Position numbers and translations under genes: made by a program
Part shown: positions 40,401 to 53,200 of the stretch, piece by piece
Layout: each line of letters opens with the position of its first letter
Numbering within the stretch: position 1 is the first letter of the stretch
Notes under the pieces: generated by a model
What the model saw: the letters and a program-made list of their open reading frames with translations, nothing else
The model's database searches: none
What the model was told of the DNA's origin: nothing
From: Enoplolaimus lenunculus
Taxonomy: Eukaryota
DNA: 64,000 bases
NCBI GenBank assembly: GCA_030248215.1
Contig: JASANG010002067.1
Location: 124,001 to 188,000, forward strand
Reading direction: 5' to 3'

Positions 40401-41768
40401 TTTGCTTTCCGTAGATGTTCGGCTCTTCTAGACAACAACTTGCGTTTTGGGTCGCCCAGTTTCCTATTAGGAAAACAGTGCAGTGCGTCATAACACTCAT
40501 CGATCCACGTTCCAGTTTCGTATGGGATCAGGCAGATCCCGAGTCTCATTTGAACTTTTAGAAATATATAAGTTCTCACTAAAATGGTAATAGCAATCGA
40601 AACGTAGTCTTGGATTCTCAGAATTTAATCGCTTGTAAAGATTACTTAAAGCTCCAATTTGAAATAGTGTGTGTTAACTTTGCAGAATGATTCAACCCAT
40701 TCCTTTCTCTCTGATGGAATTTTGGATTTAGGTAGAAAGACACAGCAAAAATTGCCAATTTCCTTGAAGCCATCATATAAGTATTCGCCACTACGCCATT
40801 GCGAAACTGCGTTTAGTTGATTGTTCGCTTGTTTGCGCACAAGAGGTACCCACCACGTTACTACAATCGTATACTGTGTGAACATAATTACAAAACTACT
40901 ATGCGATGAAATTGACAACTTACAGAAGCGTCCTTTGAAAATTATATTTGAGGGACACGGAATAGAAATGGGGGTTGCTAGAGTTGCAATTCAAGTTGGT
41001 TTACTTTTCGACCGAGTGTATTTGGGAGGCACCAGCCAAATTTGGGGGGGGAGAGACGGCCCAAATTGCCATCCCCCGTGGCGATAGCTTTGGTTGCTTT
41101 AAGAATTGTACCGTAGCGTCCTTATACATGCGTTTTTATTTGTAATTGAGTCTAGCACTTTTGCACGTTCTGTCACTGGTTACGATACAATTTCACATGG
41201 CTGTATGCAAAATTAGTACAAATTTGGAGAAAATGTATTTTTTGAGAAAAAATTTTCTTGTGGTAAATCAGTGGCGGATCCAACGTGGTCAGCGGGAAAT
41301 TTTTCGTACAATCTTGTAAGGCCCTAATTCGGGTTACTACAGTAAGGAGAAACAAAGCTTATTTACTTACTTGCAAATCAAGCATTATTAAAATAAGTAG
41401 AAACAAAGCACATGTCGACCGATTACCTACAGATTAACGAAGCATACTATTCAAAGCCGATACAGAAAGCAATATATGCGAAATTTATTCTTATGGAAGG
41501 ACTTTGTTTATGTATGAAAATTTTGCAAACATAGTAATGCTGGAAAATAGCCCAAAATACGTATGTGTAGGCTTACAGCTTTAATATATAGATTTGATTT
41601 GTTTGTGGGCCATGTTGACGTGGAAAACTATCAAGTAAAAACTATAAAACTTACTACAAGAACCAATTTAACATTTGTTGGATTTGGTATATCATCTAAC
41701 GATGGTGAAGCAGGAGTAACCACCCACACACGTGTAAAGATAACAATAATAACCGTTAATGCAATCAT
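34416..41768 (-). CDS. Secreted or lysosomal-type histidine acid phosphatase (branch 2), 9 exons
   Basis: Minus-strand exons: 41768-41655 (signal peptide, NVKLVLV), 40113-40018 (GFRHANRNP...LTK), 39647-39561 (IGKQQAYAYGQMLRKRY), 39203-39063 (SSSADRCQGTLQMVLAGLFPP), 38724-38620, 37573-37487, 36355-36217 (LKMPDW), 35162-35077 (MILYAT), 34751-34416 (HNE...CPLTAF...DWKTEC). All introns are GT-AG and phase-consistent. Confidence 0.9.
35229..36080. mobile_element. Cluster of CACTG-terminus (CMC/EnSpm-like) MITEs: 35229-35416, 35543-35764 and a partial copy at about 35973-36080
   Basis: Termini CACTGTAAA ... TTTACAGTG (variants), 2-bp TA flanks on the two full copies, and an AACTCAGAA/TTCTGAGTT-rich body shared with 46111-46364 and 62725-62976. 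Confidence 0.8.
36763..36973. mobile_element. CACTA/CMC-like MITE
   Basis: Inverted termini ACTGCAAAAAATAGTGAGTCA ... TGACTCACTATTTTTGTAGT, with internal repeats of GTCGAATTTGACTC. Confidence 0.7.
40600..40950 (+). mobile_element. Possible highly decayed non-LTR (L2/CR1-like) RT C-terminal fragment in phosphatase intron 1
   Basis: Translation DEIDNLQKRPLKII resembles the IERVQKRALRII region downstream of the RT core in such elements; upstream LTLQND also fits. Weak, by eye only. Confidence 0.3.
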
Positions 41769-42945
41769 GTTTCCTAAATATTATGTTTGTAAAGCGGACC
41801 TATATACATCTGTATTATGTATGTGCATATATGTATATCTATGCATATAGGGTGCAACCGAAGGTGAAAAATGCCGAAGCCGGAGGTCAAAATTTTTTGC
41901 CGGAGTCAATCTGCCGAGACGCCGAAGGTAGACCTCCGGTTACACTCTGACAAATATAGATACCGCTATGAGCCATTACTAAATTCAAACAAACACTTTT
42001 TCGGGAGTGAATTGGCAAAACTCAAAATTTTCAAGTCGAAAAAGTTATAACAAACTTCCGGGTTTAATAAAACTCACACCAGTGGTTCGATTAGTTACAC
42101 AGCAACACTATTAACCAAATTGCTTCCTGCATGAAACGTTAGCCAAAATCGTTAACGCAGACAAATTACTGTTGCATACCTATTCGTTAACGCAGATAAC
42201 AAATTACTATTGTGGATAACATGCACAGTTATACCGAGCGAAAACAAAACCTTTGCTATAACCAAGACCTATCTATATGAGTGATCTAAAAACTTATCAT
42301 AAATTAGCAGAATCGTAGTAAATGATCCTATGGGGTGGACATTTTCCTTCGTTGTTTAAAAGCTAAACTTTTAATACGATGTAATGCTACACTTTTGTTG
42401 GGTTCTCGTTCGCTTCGCTCGCAAGGTTTTTCTACTGTTTATTACGTTGCGAACCCTGTCTGTAGGTGCCTTCCGTTGGAGAAAAAAATGCTGCGCCCGT
42501 GTAATTTAGTTAATATCTGGACGACTGGTTTTCACAAAATTATTGCGGACGTGTATAAAATGTCCATTTTAGTAAACTTAAAATTTCGAAGATATTAATA
42601 TTTTTAACCAGAAACGTTGTTTAGCTATTAAATGTTCAGTGATAAATTTTTATTGCTACCGGTATAACTGTTGTGCGCATAATTGTATAAAGTGGAAAAT
42701 TTAAAAGATTCCTGTGGAGCTGGATACTCTAAGAATTAATGAAAAAATTTATACAAATTTTTACATGCGCTACTGGAGAACAATTTCGCAAAAACATCTT
42801 TCATTTTTTACTTTGTTAAACACAACTTTAAGGTTTACGCTAAAGATACTTTTTTGTTCAGAGACCTATAAACTGTCTTGAAGTTTAAAACTTCGGTGCA
42901 AAATTCAGATTGCTGTTCTGTCCGTGCACAAATCACAGAATCAAT

Positions 42946-43392
42946 ACTGTATTGATCCGAATAAGAGGTGGACTGATATTTATTTAGCCTCTCCAGAGGG
43001 TACCCCCATGTTATTCGGTTACGGACTGTTATTTATTTTGACACGCGCTCCGCCTCCCTTCATTACTGATATATATGCGGTACTGCAATTATCCGTTGAA
43101 TTAAACGTTTATTTGTCTTGTGTCAACAGCTGGAGCGATAATACAAGGTTATACTTTTAGGAATGTACTTTCAAAATTTAAGTACGTTTTAAAGTTTCAA
43201 ACTCAAATTATTTGGTCCTGGAGTCATTTATGCGCTACAATTAGGGTTAATTCACATTTATGGACTCTAATTAGGTTTTAGTGACTCTATCCGCTTACGG
43301 ACTCTTATTAGGGATACGGACTCTTATTGATTCGTACTCAAAATGGGGACCCCCCTATTATTACCCCCTCCCTCTTATTCGGGTCAGTACAG
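42946..43392. mobile_element. Tc1/mariner-like MITE, inverted copy of 23529-23965
   Basis: TA-CTGTATTGATCCGAATAAGAGG ... CCTCTTATTCGGGTCAGTACAG-TA. The body is the reverse complement of the RASEF intron copy. Confidence 0.85.
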
Positions 43393-44597
43393 TATTGTAA
43401 CAGAACGCTCACGGCTATCAACTGTAATCTTTCCGTCAAAAAACCCGCAAAGTAGTTTAATTTAACTCTGAGTATTCATGTCAATTGCATTGCTGATTTT
43501 GAGTTCGCAAATAAGTGGACTCTATAACTTTTGACAATTTTTAATGCCGTTCGCCTCTGCCTGGTATTAACGCAAACGAATTGTTGAATGGCACCACATA
43601 ATACGTATACAATGCCACAAACACAATTTTCGGAGGGGTGCGAGAGCATTGGTAGTGACAGATTCAATGTTCAGTTTCAGATCGATCCATCTGTGGGCCA
43701 CAATCATATTGTGTGAAAACAATATTTGTACTATTTTATACTACATGCAATTAAAACAGTGGTGGGACAGCGAAGAAAAGTATCATTTCTTGGATTTAAA
43801 CCCTGCAAAAAACTTTACATTGGCATGTTTCCGAAGCGTTGCATCGAACTCTCTATACAATTGCGTTACACAGCGCCACAGGCGAATTTTTTAGGCGTAC
43901 CATCACCAGACGCATTTTATAAATTATACCTTTTAAAATAATCTCGCCTGGGTCAAGTTTATTCTGGTGCTTGGGGAGTCATTACAAGCAAATCAAGAAT
44001 TTCTGTAGCTGCACTCGTAAATATCCAATGTCTCCATGCTAAATATTCGGTCGGTAAACGGAAACGCTAAAACGTTTCTCATGCGAGTAAAAAGTCAAAA
44101 AATAGAAATTTACAGAAGGGCATCCAGTTTATCTGCAACACATAAAATATATACATTCAGTACAGTTGAATATGTGAGTAAAATATTTTAAATTTAAATC
44201 CAATGTTTACACTGTTTGCAATAGAATTTATTTTTTCAATTGCAAACAACGCACATTAATATCGAGAGCTGTTACTTGCTCCAAATTATGTAGATACTCG
44301 TCTTTATATGGCCTTTCTATTGAAAGCAGTGAAGTATAATTGAGAACTTTAAATTTTATGAAAAGACAGCTTTATAAATTTTGTACGAGAACGGATCTAG
44401 GGGATGCCGGGATCGCTGTCCACATCAGATTTCAACGAATTAAAAAATTTTTCCACAATCGAGTTCAAGGATCGCGTTTGACTTTTCGCGCTCGAGTTTT
44501 TATCCGGTTTTTCAATAGTTTTGACTTTTGATTACCAAAACCTTTTGCGTACGTCTAGCTGTTTGGCTCGCTTCGATTGCTAACCATAATCGTGCGG

Positions 44598-45090
44598 GCT
44601 CATGTTACGCTTAGGGCCGTCCCGTCTCGCTGTCCGGGGACAACGTCAAGCAGGAGTTCAGCAGACAGTGGGACATCCGGGGGAGTGGGACAGCCGTGAC
44701 AACGGGACTGCCAGGAGAGTGGGATATCCGGGACAGCTGGGACAGCGGGGACAGCTGGAACAACGGAGACAGCGGAGACAGCTGGAACAACGGGGACAGC
44801 GGGGACAGCTGTTACAACGGGGACAGCGGAGAGTGCGGGGACAGCAGGGACAGCGGAAATAGCGTGGACAAGGGAACAGCTGGGACAGCCGGGACAGTGG
44901 GATCGCCGAGAGAGCGGGACAACGGGGCTAAACTTAGTCCCCGCTGTCCCCGCTGTTCCACTGTCCCCGCTGTTCCACTCTCCCCGCTGTCCTAGGTGTT
45001 CCCGCCGTCCCCGCTGTTCCCGCTGTCCCAGCTATCCCCGCTGTCCCAGCTGTCCCGGGACAGCGAGACAGCCCTCAACGCAACATGAGC
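44598..45090. mobile_element. GC-rich MITE built of GGGACAGC repeats in inverted orientation
   Basis: TIRs GCTCATGTTACGCTTAGGGC... / ...GCCCTCAACGCAACATGAGC. The left part carries GGGACAGC units and the right part GCTGTCCC units. Confidence 0.75.
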
Positions 45091-45808
45091 CAATGTCAAT
45101 GTAGGATATTAACACGGGCCAACCATTTCAGGCGCTGGCAGACAAAGTTAACTTTAAAAAATCATCAAGAACCAAAAGTTAAGTTCTTCACGGGTTTAAA
45201 TGCAAAATGTTCGTCTCGCTTCTCGTTCGCGAATTTTTTTATGCTCGTTGGTGCCAAGCGTACATACCTTTCGAATAGGTCAACATCACATATGATGGTA
45301 CAAAATGAAACTAATTTGAATCTATGGTCCAGCAGTTTCGTTTTGGGAGGCCAAAAGCAAACTTCGTTTAGAATGCGGCTGGGTTTTCAGTCGTTTATAC
45401 ATTTCAGTTTTTAAAGGTGAGATACACTATAGGCGGCACAGATAAAAAATCCAACCTCGCATTCCCCCTGAAAGACTATCCTAGATTCGTCGTTGGTTTT
45501 ATATCATACAATAAACGGCCCATCAAAGATCAAGGAGGAAAAGCTTTAGACTAATTTTTTGCTTAGGCTTACGCTTTAGGCTCAGGCTTTTAGAGATATA
45601 TACGCTCATTTTTACGCGTAGACTTACGCTTAACCTTAGGCTTAGGTTTAGGCTTAGGATAAGGAAAATTCTTTTGTTACAACCCTGTTCTATTAATACA
45701 TTGGCGCAATAAGCTATATTTTTCCATATTGGACATTTAAACACCAGGCCTATGCTTCTATTTACTGAGAAATTGAAATTTACCTAAAGCCATTGAGGTT
45801 CAATGATT

Positions 45809-46609
45809 CGGACCCGTAGCCAAGAAGGGAAAAGGGGAGCTCAGCCCCTCCTGGAAAAATCCCCAGTTTTCAACCTTGCTTGTAACTCATTGAAAACCAG
45901 GGCGCAAACGGATAGTAAAAATAACGGAAACGGATAGTGATCGAAATACGAAAACAGAAAACGGATATTGAAATATATATATAAATTTCAAATCAGTTTC
46001 ATTTTTCTGTCAACGCAATTGAGAGGTGTATTAAGTGTTCAAACTTTTAAATGGCGGATCCATCGTAATTTTTAAGATTATGAATGAATATCGTAATTTT
46101 TGTTTCAGTTCACTGTAAAACTCCAATGAGTTGATTTATCAATTCAGCTAGCGAGTTGGTTATTTCTGAATTAATATCAGTAAACATTAACTCACTCTGA
46201 GTTGAGTTGATTCTCGCTCTCAGTTGAGCTGACTCTGGGTGAGTTGATTAATTAACTCAGAATGAATTGAATAAACTCAAAATTCTGAGTTCTGATAGTC
46301 CTAACTCAGACTGAGTGATTCTACTAATTCTAAAGTTAAAATCAATTCACTGAAATTTACAGTGTTCGATCAATTGCAGCACACCTGTATAATAGAATTT
46401 CGAGAAATTTACATAATGAACGTAAAAAATAAACGAATTTCCGGTATTTCTATATAACGGAAACGGCAACCGATACCGGTTTTTACGAAAACGGATACCG
46501 ATTTTTACCGGAAACAAAAACGAAAATCCGGTTACACCCTGTTTAAAACCCTTGAATGCCCCTAAAAAATTTTCAGCCCCTCTAGGAAGGTCAGCTGGCT
46601 ACGTACCTG
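45809..46609. mobile_element. Three nested non-autonomous DNA transposons (hAT-like containing hAT-like containing CMC-like)
   Basis: Outer element 45809-46609 has TSD CAATGATT. Middle element 45898-46541 (CAGGG...CCCTG) has TSD TTGAAAAC/TTTAAAAC. Inner element 46111-46364 (CACTGTAAA...TTTACAGTG) has TT flanks. Confidence 0.88.
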
Positions 46610-47253
46610 CAATGATTCAACACTGAACTTTGAACTTTATAGCCACTCTTTGGTTGTCATAAAAACCGAGTTTGTGGATAAAACCCATCCAGTGCAATGC
46701 GCATGGCTGGAGGTCCACCTAGAGCATGTGTTTCACCAGCTTGTACGCTAGTATAAAATAGACTGAAAGTTTGCTTTCTGCAAGTTTCACAAGTTAAACG
46801 TATTCAAAAAATTTAGTTCTCACGAACTATATTGCAGTTAACAATCTGTGATTCTTGGAACTTGCAAATTTTGTTTGTATTGCACACCTATACAATTTAA
46901 GTGTAGAAAGACTATCACCAGCAAAATATTTGAACATTTAAATTTGTGGGAACAGGATGAAAAACACTTAGCTAAGAAGCAATATAAAGTTTTTGGTTGC
47001 TGTAAAAGTGTTTATATCGAAGCTGGAAAATTTAAGAACATAACAGTTATTTTCCGTCTAAGGTGTAAAAACCGTCGCACAGTATACAAGAACTATTTGT
47101 AGTATTTGTAGAGTATTAGGAAACTTAAATATATTACGAATATTTGATATATTTGTGGTATGCGTTTGCACTGAATTTGTCTTGTTTCTTAGCGTAAATT
47201 ATTTTGACGTATTATTTGTTTTGCTGCTCCGCATATTAAAAAATTTGGCACTG

Positions 47254-50200
47254 ATGTCAAATCAAAATTTATTGAGTCGAACAAGCCTTGCCGATTGCAA
47301 CCCGTTAAATATCGATGGGCCAAATTTCGACAATGAAGCGTATATGAGCAAGTTGTTGAAAGAAAGAACGCTAAAAGAGCTGATGGATGAAGAGAACAAG
47401 ATGTACAAAGAGGTACATACATTAATATATCTATGCTAGTATTATAGTTGCAATGTGTAATTTTTTAAAATAAAAATGGTAGGGGTGTGTCGATTAATCG
47501 GCATCGGCATCGGTAATAATCGGTGAGTATACGCGGCTTGTGTATGTGCAGAGTGTGTAATGTTAAGACATATACATACTTTGTGCACATATACCACCAG
47601 AGGAAATTAGGATATCGGCCGCGTGGCGTGATGGGTAGCGCGCTTGACTCGCGAGCGAGAGGTCCGAGGTTCGATTCCCGGCGTGGCAAAGCCATGTATA
47701 TTCGCAGTACTTCGGAGGAAGGGGTCGTCCCGACCGTGTAGTTCTGATATGGAGGTCCTACCGAGATGGGCGCTGTAAATTGCAGGCTCATGAATTCGGA
47801 GAAGTTTGGATCGTCCCGACCGTGCAGTTCTGACGATCGGCACTTTTCGTGAGTATCGGCATCGGCACTGCAAAAAATGCCGATTTTTTGCCCATACTTC
47901 TTGCACAGGACAGTCAGTTGGAATGGTAGCTATTTTATTTATGAGCGCATATCAGTGTCTCGTCAAAAGAACTGATATCTTTATTGCGTTTGTGTTTGAA
48001 AACATTAATTGAAATAAACTGTTCTTATAAAATTATAATCGTTTATGACGGTTAGGGTTAAAGTCTTCATATAATGATGTAATGTAGTATCTTGTCTGTT
48101 TATTAAGCATTGTGTACTAAACTTGGAATCGGCATAGGTATCGGCAAAATTTCAAAATAAGAATCGGCATCGGCAAAAATTTTGGTCTCGGCACATCCCT
48201 AAAATGGTGTTGACACATATTGCGCTTAGGTCGGATGACGAGCTGATTTAGTGTATATATATGCTTCAGTCATTCCATTGTCTAAGATATTTACTTTAAT
48301 TTTTTAAACCATTATGAGGATTTTACTAGTGAATTGCAAGAACATATCGTGTATTTTATTAATTTGTGGTTGCTTATAACATCTGGGTGGTTTCCAAACA
48401 ACATACCTTCGCCTTTTGAAACATGTATTTTTCATTTAAACATAAATTGTTCGTTTAGAGATACATAATCATGGTGTATATATATAGTTTACAGTAATGC
48501 TTCGCAAAATTTTTGTATGTCTGACATTTAGCTAGCCTAATCTCAAATGGGGTGGCAGTTTTGCGGAGGTGCCCTCGGGTTCAGTTAGGAAGCATTTGGT
48601 GAGGGGGTAGGAAAATTTTTAGAAAGCCAAAGAATTAAAAATCGGGTGCCAAGAAACTGAATTTTTTGCAAATTTTTATATTTTTAAGACATTTTTGTAT
48701 TTTTAGCTGCTTTTCCTTATATTTGCTAATTTTAAGTTCCTAAGCCACGTGTTCGTCTCTCCGATTTTATAAGTATGATTTCAAGCCAGGCGGGATTTTC
48801 CGGGTGGGGCACTGAACATAGATAGATTTTTCAAGGAGTTGACGTGGTCAAGTTGAGGGCGGCCTGCAGCATCCCTCCTCCGCCACTATTGATATGCCAG
48901 TATGAATGTCAAATTCTTCTGTAATGTGTCGATAATTGCTTGTACACAATTTCAATATTTGAACATACTGCCGTAATTTGCTTTCTAGAGACTTAATGTT
49001 ATCGAAATATATGCATGGACTCCGTATTAGATATTTGAGCCCGTTAGCCAAAGATCAGTTGAGTAGGTACAATGACTTACAGATATACGTACACATTATA
49101 ATTCATCAAAATTCGCGATTTGTTTATGTGTAGGGATATACCGAATAATCTGCATCGGCATCCGTAGTAATCAGCACTTTTCCTAAGTATCGTTGTCGGC
49201 ACTGCAAAAAATTGCCAATTCTTTGCCGATACTTTTGGCACATAACAATTAGTTGGAATGCAATCATTTTCACTTCTTGGCGTTTATCGGTACGTCTGAT
49301 CCAGAAAACTGTTATCTCTCTTGCATTTGTGTTTGAAAAAATGAATTAACGGTTGTCAAAAAATTATAGGGCGTTTGTGGTTAGGGTATATATAAGTCTT
49401 TGCATAACGGTTTAAAGTAGTAGCCTATCCGTTTTTAAGTATGGTGTACTAAAGGTAGAATCGGTACCGGCATCGGCAAAAATTTTGGTATAGGCACATC
49501 CTATTTATGTATTTTCCGGTTGAGTGTATGGCTATTTAACTAGATGTTTTAATAGAAACACAAAATTGTTGACCTATGTGTTACTTGTTAGGGTGATTGT
49601 CGCCTTAGTATTAGGAAGGGATCGTGGTACGGTCTCGCTTTCGGTAAGTCTCGGGATTTGGCTGGTCTCGGTCTCGATCTCGGTTTTTTGAGCCTCGGTA
49701 GGTTTTAAACCGAGACCAAAGGTGAAAGACAAGTTTCCGTTTTTTTCTTCTCAACGTTCTCAATATGACCCCGTGACGTGACGGTTATTGAAGATTCTTT
49801 TTCTAAAAGGAAACCACAAAGTTTTTTATATTGTGGCAAAACACAGTTAGTTGTATTTATATATGACACTTAGGAATCGTGTCAAAAATTTAAAAGTTTC
49901 AATTAACGCTAAAATATTATTTTGATAAACGCTAAAAAGCGTTAACTGTTGGTAGAGTTTAAATATACTGGCGATTGACGATTCATTTTCGTTAGAAAAA
50001 AGCTGAAAGCGTACTTTTAACACTGAAAGCATCTATGTTTCATCGTTGTCTTTGGCGTGGGATACCGGATACGGATATCAGTTTTACCGGATATGCAACC
50101 GGATATTCCTGTATCTGTTTGTCAATGTTTTTGTGCTAAAATCAAATTATGCGGTAATTTATTTTGTTTAATATTATAAATTCTGAGGTGATGCAACATT

Positions 50201-53200
50201 TTATTATGCTAGAATGACACATAAGTACGAAAAACATTCAAAACTTTTGTTAGCAAAAATTTTATTTCTATGCTCGGTAACGGTCAAAAATTGACCAAGA
50301 CGAGACCGAGCGAGACCAAACAGTCTCGTCTTGGTTGTTGGGTCTGGTATCGATTTTCGACCGAGACCGCATATCTTTGGTGTTAAAATAGATATGGACC
50401 GGCGGTTCCGGCGAGCTTATTACAACCGAGTCGAACGGATGGTGTTGGGGTAAGTTTGACGGACCCGTAATCTTTAAGCTCATGAATCGAACGATTGGGA
50501 ACCGGAAATTTCGCTAATTACCGAAAATAAGAAAATAAACTCTTGAATTCAGGTGGTGCAGCTCGATTCAGAAATGCAATCGCTGGTGTATGAAAATTAT
50601 GCCAAATTTATTACTGCAACTGATACCGTAAGGCAAATGAAGCTGGATTTTGGGAAAATGGAAGACGAGATGGATCGGTTGGCTGAGAATATGGAACGAA
50701 TCACTCAGTTTTCTCAAAAGGCGAGTCTATATTATATTTGAGACCGGTAATTTAACTGTTGTTAATCTGGTTCTACGTGATAGGAACGGTAGGGGTTTAA
50801 TATAGAGTTTTGTCGACTCTTTAAAGCGCTATATATATATAAGCATTGATTTGTCACGATTTTTAGGTTTGCAATTCATTACAAGGGCGAAAAGATGAAA
50901 TATCAACGCTTGTTACTGCGAATAACACGTTGAAGAATTTGGAATGCCTGCTCGATTTGCCAAATCGGTTAAACAAATTGCTAGAGTCGAAAGATTATGC
51001 TGCATCTGTGTCTGTCTATGCAAAGCTAATGCCAATGTTAGAGGAGCGAAAAAATTTGCCAGCTTTTCAAGGGATGTTTTGTGGTTAAATCTTTTTGTTT
51101 TATTGGCGTAACAGAATTTTTAAAACTAACGATAGTATGTCCAAGTTTTGCTCAACTACGTAAGGCTTTTTTGCTGTGCATACAATTTTGTTTCCTCTTT
51201 CTTTGCAGCACATCATGTGGACGAAACATATGACACACGGAAGGACCATAAATCATTTAGTTGAAGACGGCAGGCTTCTTGTGGGGTTTGTTGTGTGATT
51301 GTCCTTCTCATGTATTGTGTAAACACTTAACGCTTTTGGTTCATTGTTTATAGGTATTTACAACGAATGCGAGGTTCTAGTCGGAGAACTGAAAGAGAGT
51401 CTCAAAGCGTCGTTCCGTGATGGTGCGACTACTTCACCTAAAGAATTATCAGTTATTTTTGGTCATCTCATAGTCCTTGGCGAACAACCAGAGTCTTTAT
51501 CTAATGATTACTTGGCAAATGCGAAATTGGTTTTAGACGAAGATTTGGCTGAGCTTAAGGTATGTATTTCTGGTTAAATACCTGCCTGATGCGAGAATTT
51601 AAAATATAATTTTGTGAAAGAAGACAAAGCTTGAAAGAATAAGTGTGCCAAACTTTTCGATTCACGCTTCTTTGCATGAGTGATATTATGCTTTTTACAT
51701 ATCCCTTCTGCATATGCTTAACAATTGTTTGCCCTAGTGTCGGTTCGGTATTGCGGATCCGGAAGCATACTTATTGTTTGAACCGAACAACATGGCATTT
51801 TTGTTTAAGCGTTAAAAGAAATGGTAAATTTAAGGAACATAGCGGAACAGTATTATAAGCTTATTCCTAAGCCTAAGCGTAAGCGTAAGAATATGTTTAT
51901 TCCTAAGCCTAAGCCTAAGTCTAATTCAAGCAAAAAAATTACTCTAAGCTTAAGCTTATTCTATTCTTGTCCCACAGAAAAACGTTCCGCCCCTGATCTT
52001 TACACGAGCTAAAGAAATTATCCCTAGTTCCGTATTTGATCAATACAGTGCAACAAGGTGTGGTTGTATGATTATACTGGCTTCTCCACAGCGGGGGGGC
52101 CCAGCACTTTTCGAAATTTTCATTTCCCCCCTGGCGAAAATTTTGCCGTCCCCAGGAAAGGCCCCCCGGTAAATTTTTTTGCTGGGGGTCCCCAGGACTT
52201 TTCTAAGCCAAAAATTTTCAATGTTAAAACATAAAGACCTGGACTTTTTTTGAGGCGGACATTCGGCAAAATGTGATTTTATATTACGCTGAGTACTCAT
52301 AATTTTTTAATAGCGTTACAAATACCGGTAGTAACTAGTACAATTCAATAATGAACTGAAAAATGCACAATTATATAAAGACCGTTTCAGGGCATACAGC
52401 ATTCGAAAGTACCTTGCAGCAACAAGTTCAACCCGCCTGAGCCTTATGATAAACTGAAGCTGTGACTAATATATAAAATATATGTTAATCACAGTTTCAA
52501 TTATAGATTATCAATATTTTATATAATTGTGCTTCTTTCAACTTCTGGTAAAGTTGTCAGTAATATTAGTTAAAATTATTGTTATTAGCGTTTGCGGGGA
52601 AGTTTTGTCATGTTGAGCGATGAGTAATCTTCAGTTGAGTTGGAAACACGATCTAGAATAAAAAAAATGGTCCAAAAAGTCGGCTTGCAAAATTTTGAGC
52701 CTGCCCCCCAGGACCCCCCAGATCATCTGGGGGCCCCCAGGAAAACTGCCTACGCAAAATTAGCTGCCCCCTAGGAAACTCCTGCCCCCCCAGGAAACGC
52801 CCCCCCGGCGGAAATTTTCAAGCTGTGGAGAAGCCAGTTATATGTTGTCATATTAAATGTTACAGCATCAAGCGCATTTAAAATTGGGGCCAGCAGATGA
52901 CAATGATAAACTGACGTCACGTTCTTGTGATGCGAGCAAAATGTCAACGAAATCTCACTGCAGTATTTCGCGACCTTCGGATGCAATTTTAAGGTAATTT
53001 TTTGACAGCTCATACAAAGCTGATAGATTACAATTTCAGGATGTATCAAGTTCAGATTTTTATTTGGCGTAATGGCATAAACCAGGAATTGACCGGATAT
53101 TCGGTTCGGGATTAATACCCAGTTAAATCAATTGTAACACAGCGAACTATTTCGGTCGGCACTACTAGGAAGACCTTACTAAGTTGGTGGTTACCTAAGC

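Noticed and set aside
40646..40805. Possible phosphatase catalytic exon reading FRNG or WRSGE
   Set aside because: A much better exon with FRHANRNP and correct splice phases exists at 40113-40018.
41371..41428. Hydrophobic minus-strand segment (CALFLLILIMLDLQ) ending in a GTAAGT donor
   Set aside because: Its acceptor phase does not fit exon 1 and there is no in-frame ATG before the hydrophobic run; an alternative start cannot be supported without transcripts.
44602..44995. Gln/Gly/Arg-rich and GDS-repeat ORFs
   Set aside because: They lie within the GGGACAGC-repeat MITE.
47617..47688. Functional tRNA-Ala(CGC) gene
   Set aside because: Mismatched T-stem and anticodon stem, no oligo-T terminator directly downstream, and located inside a TSD-flanked insertion.
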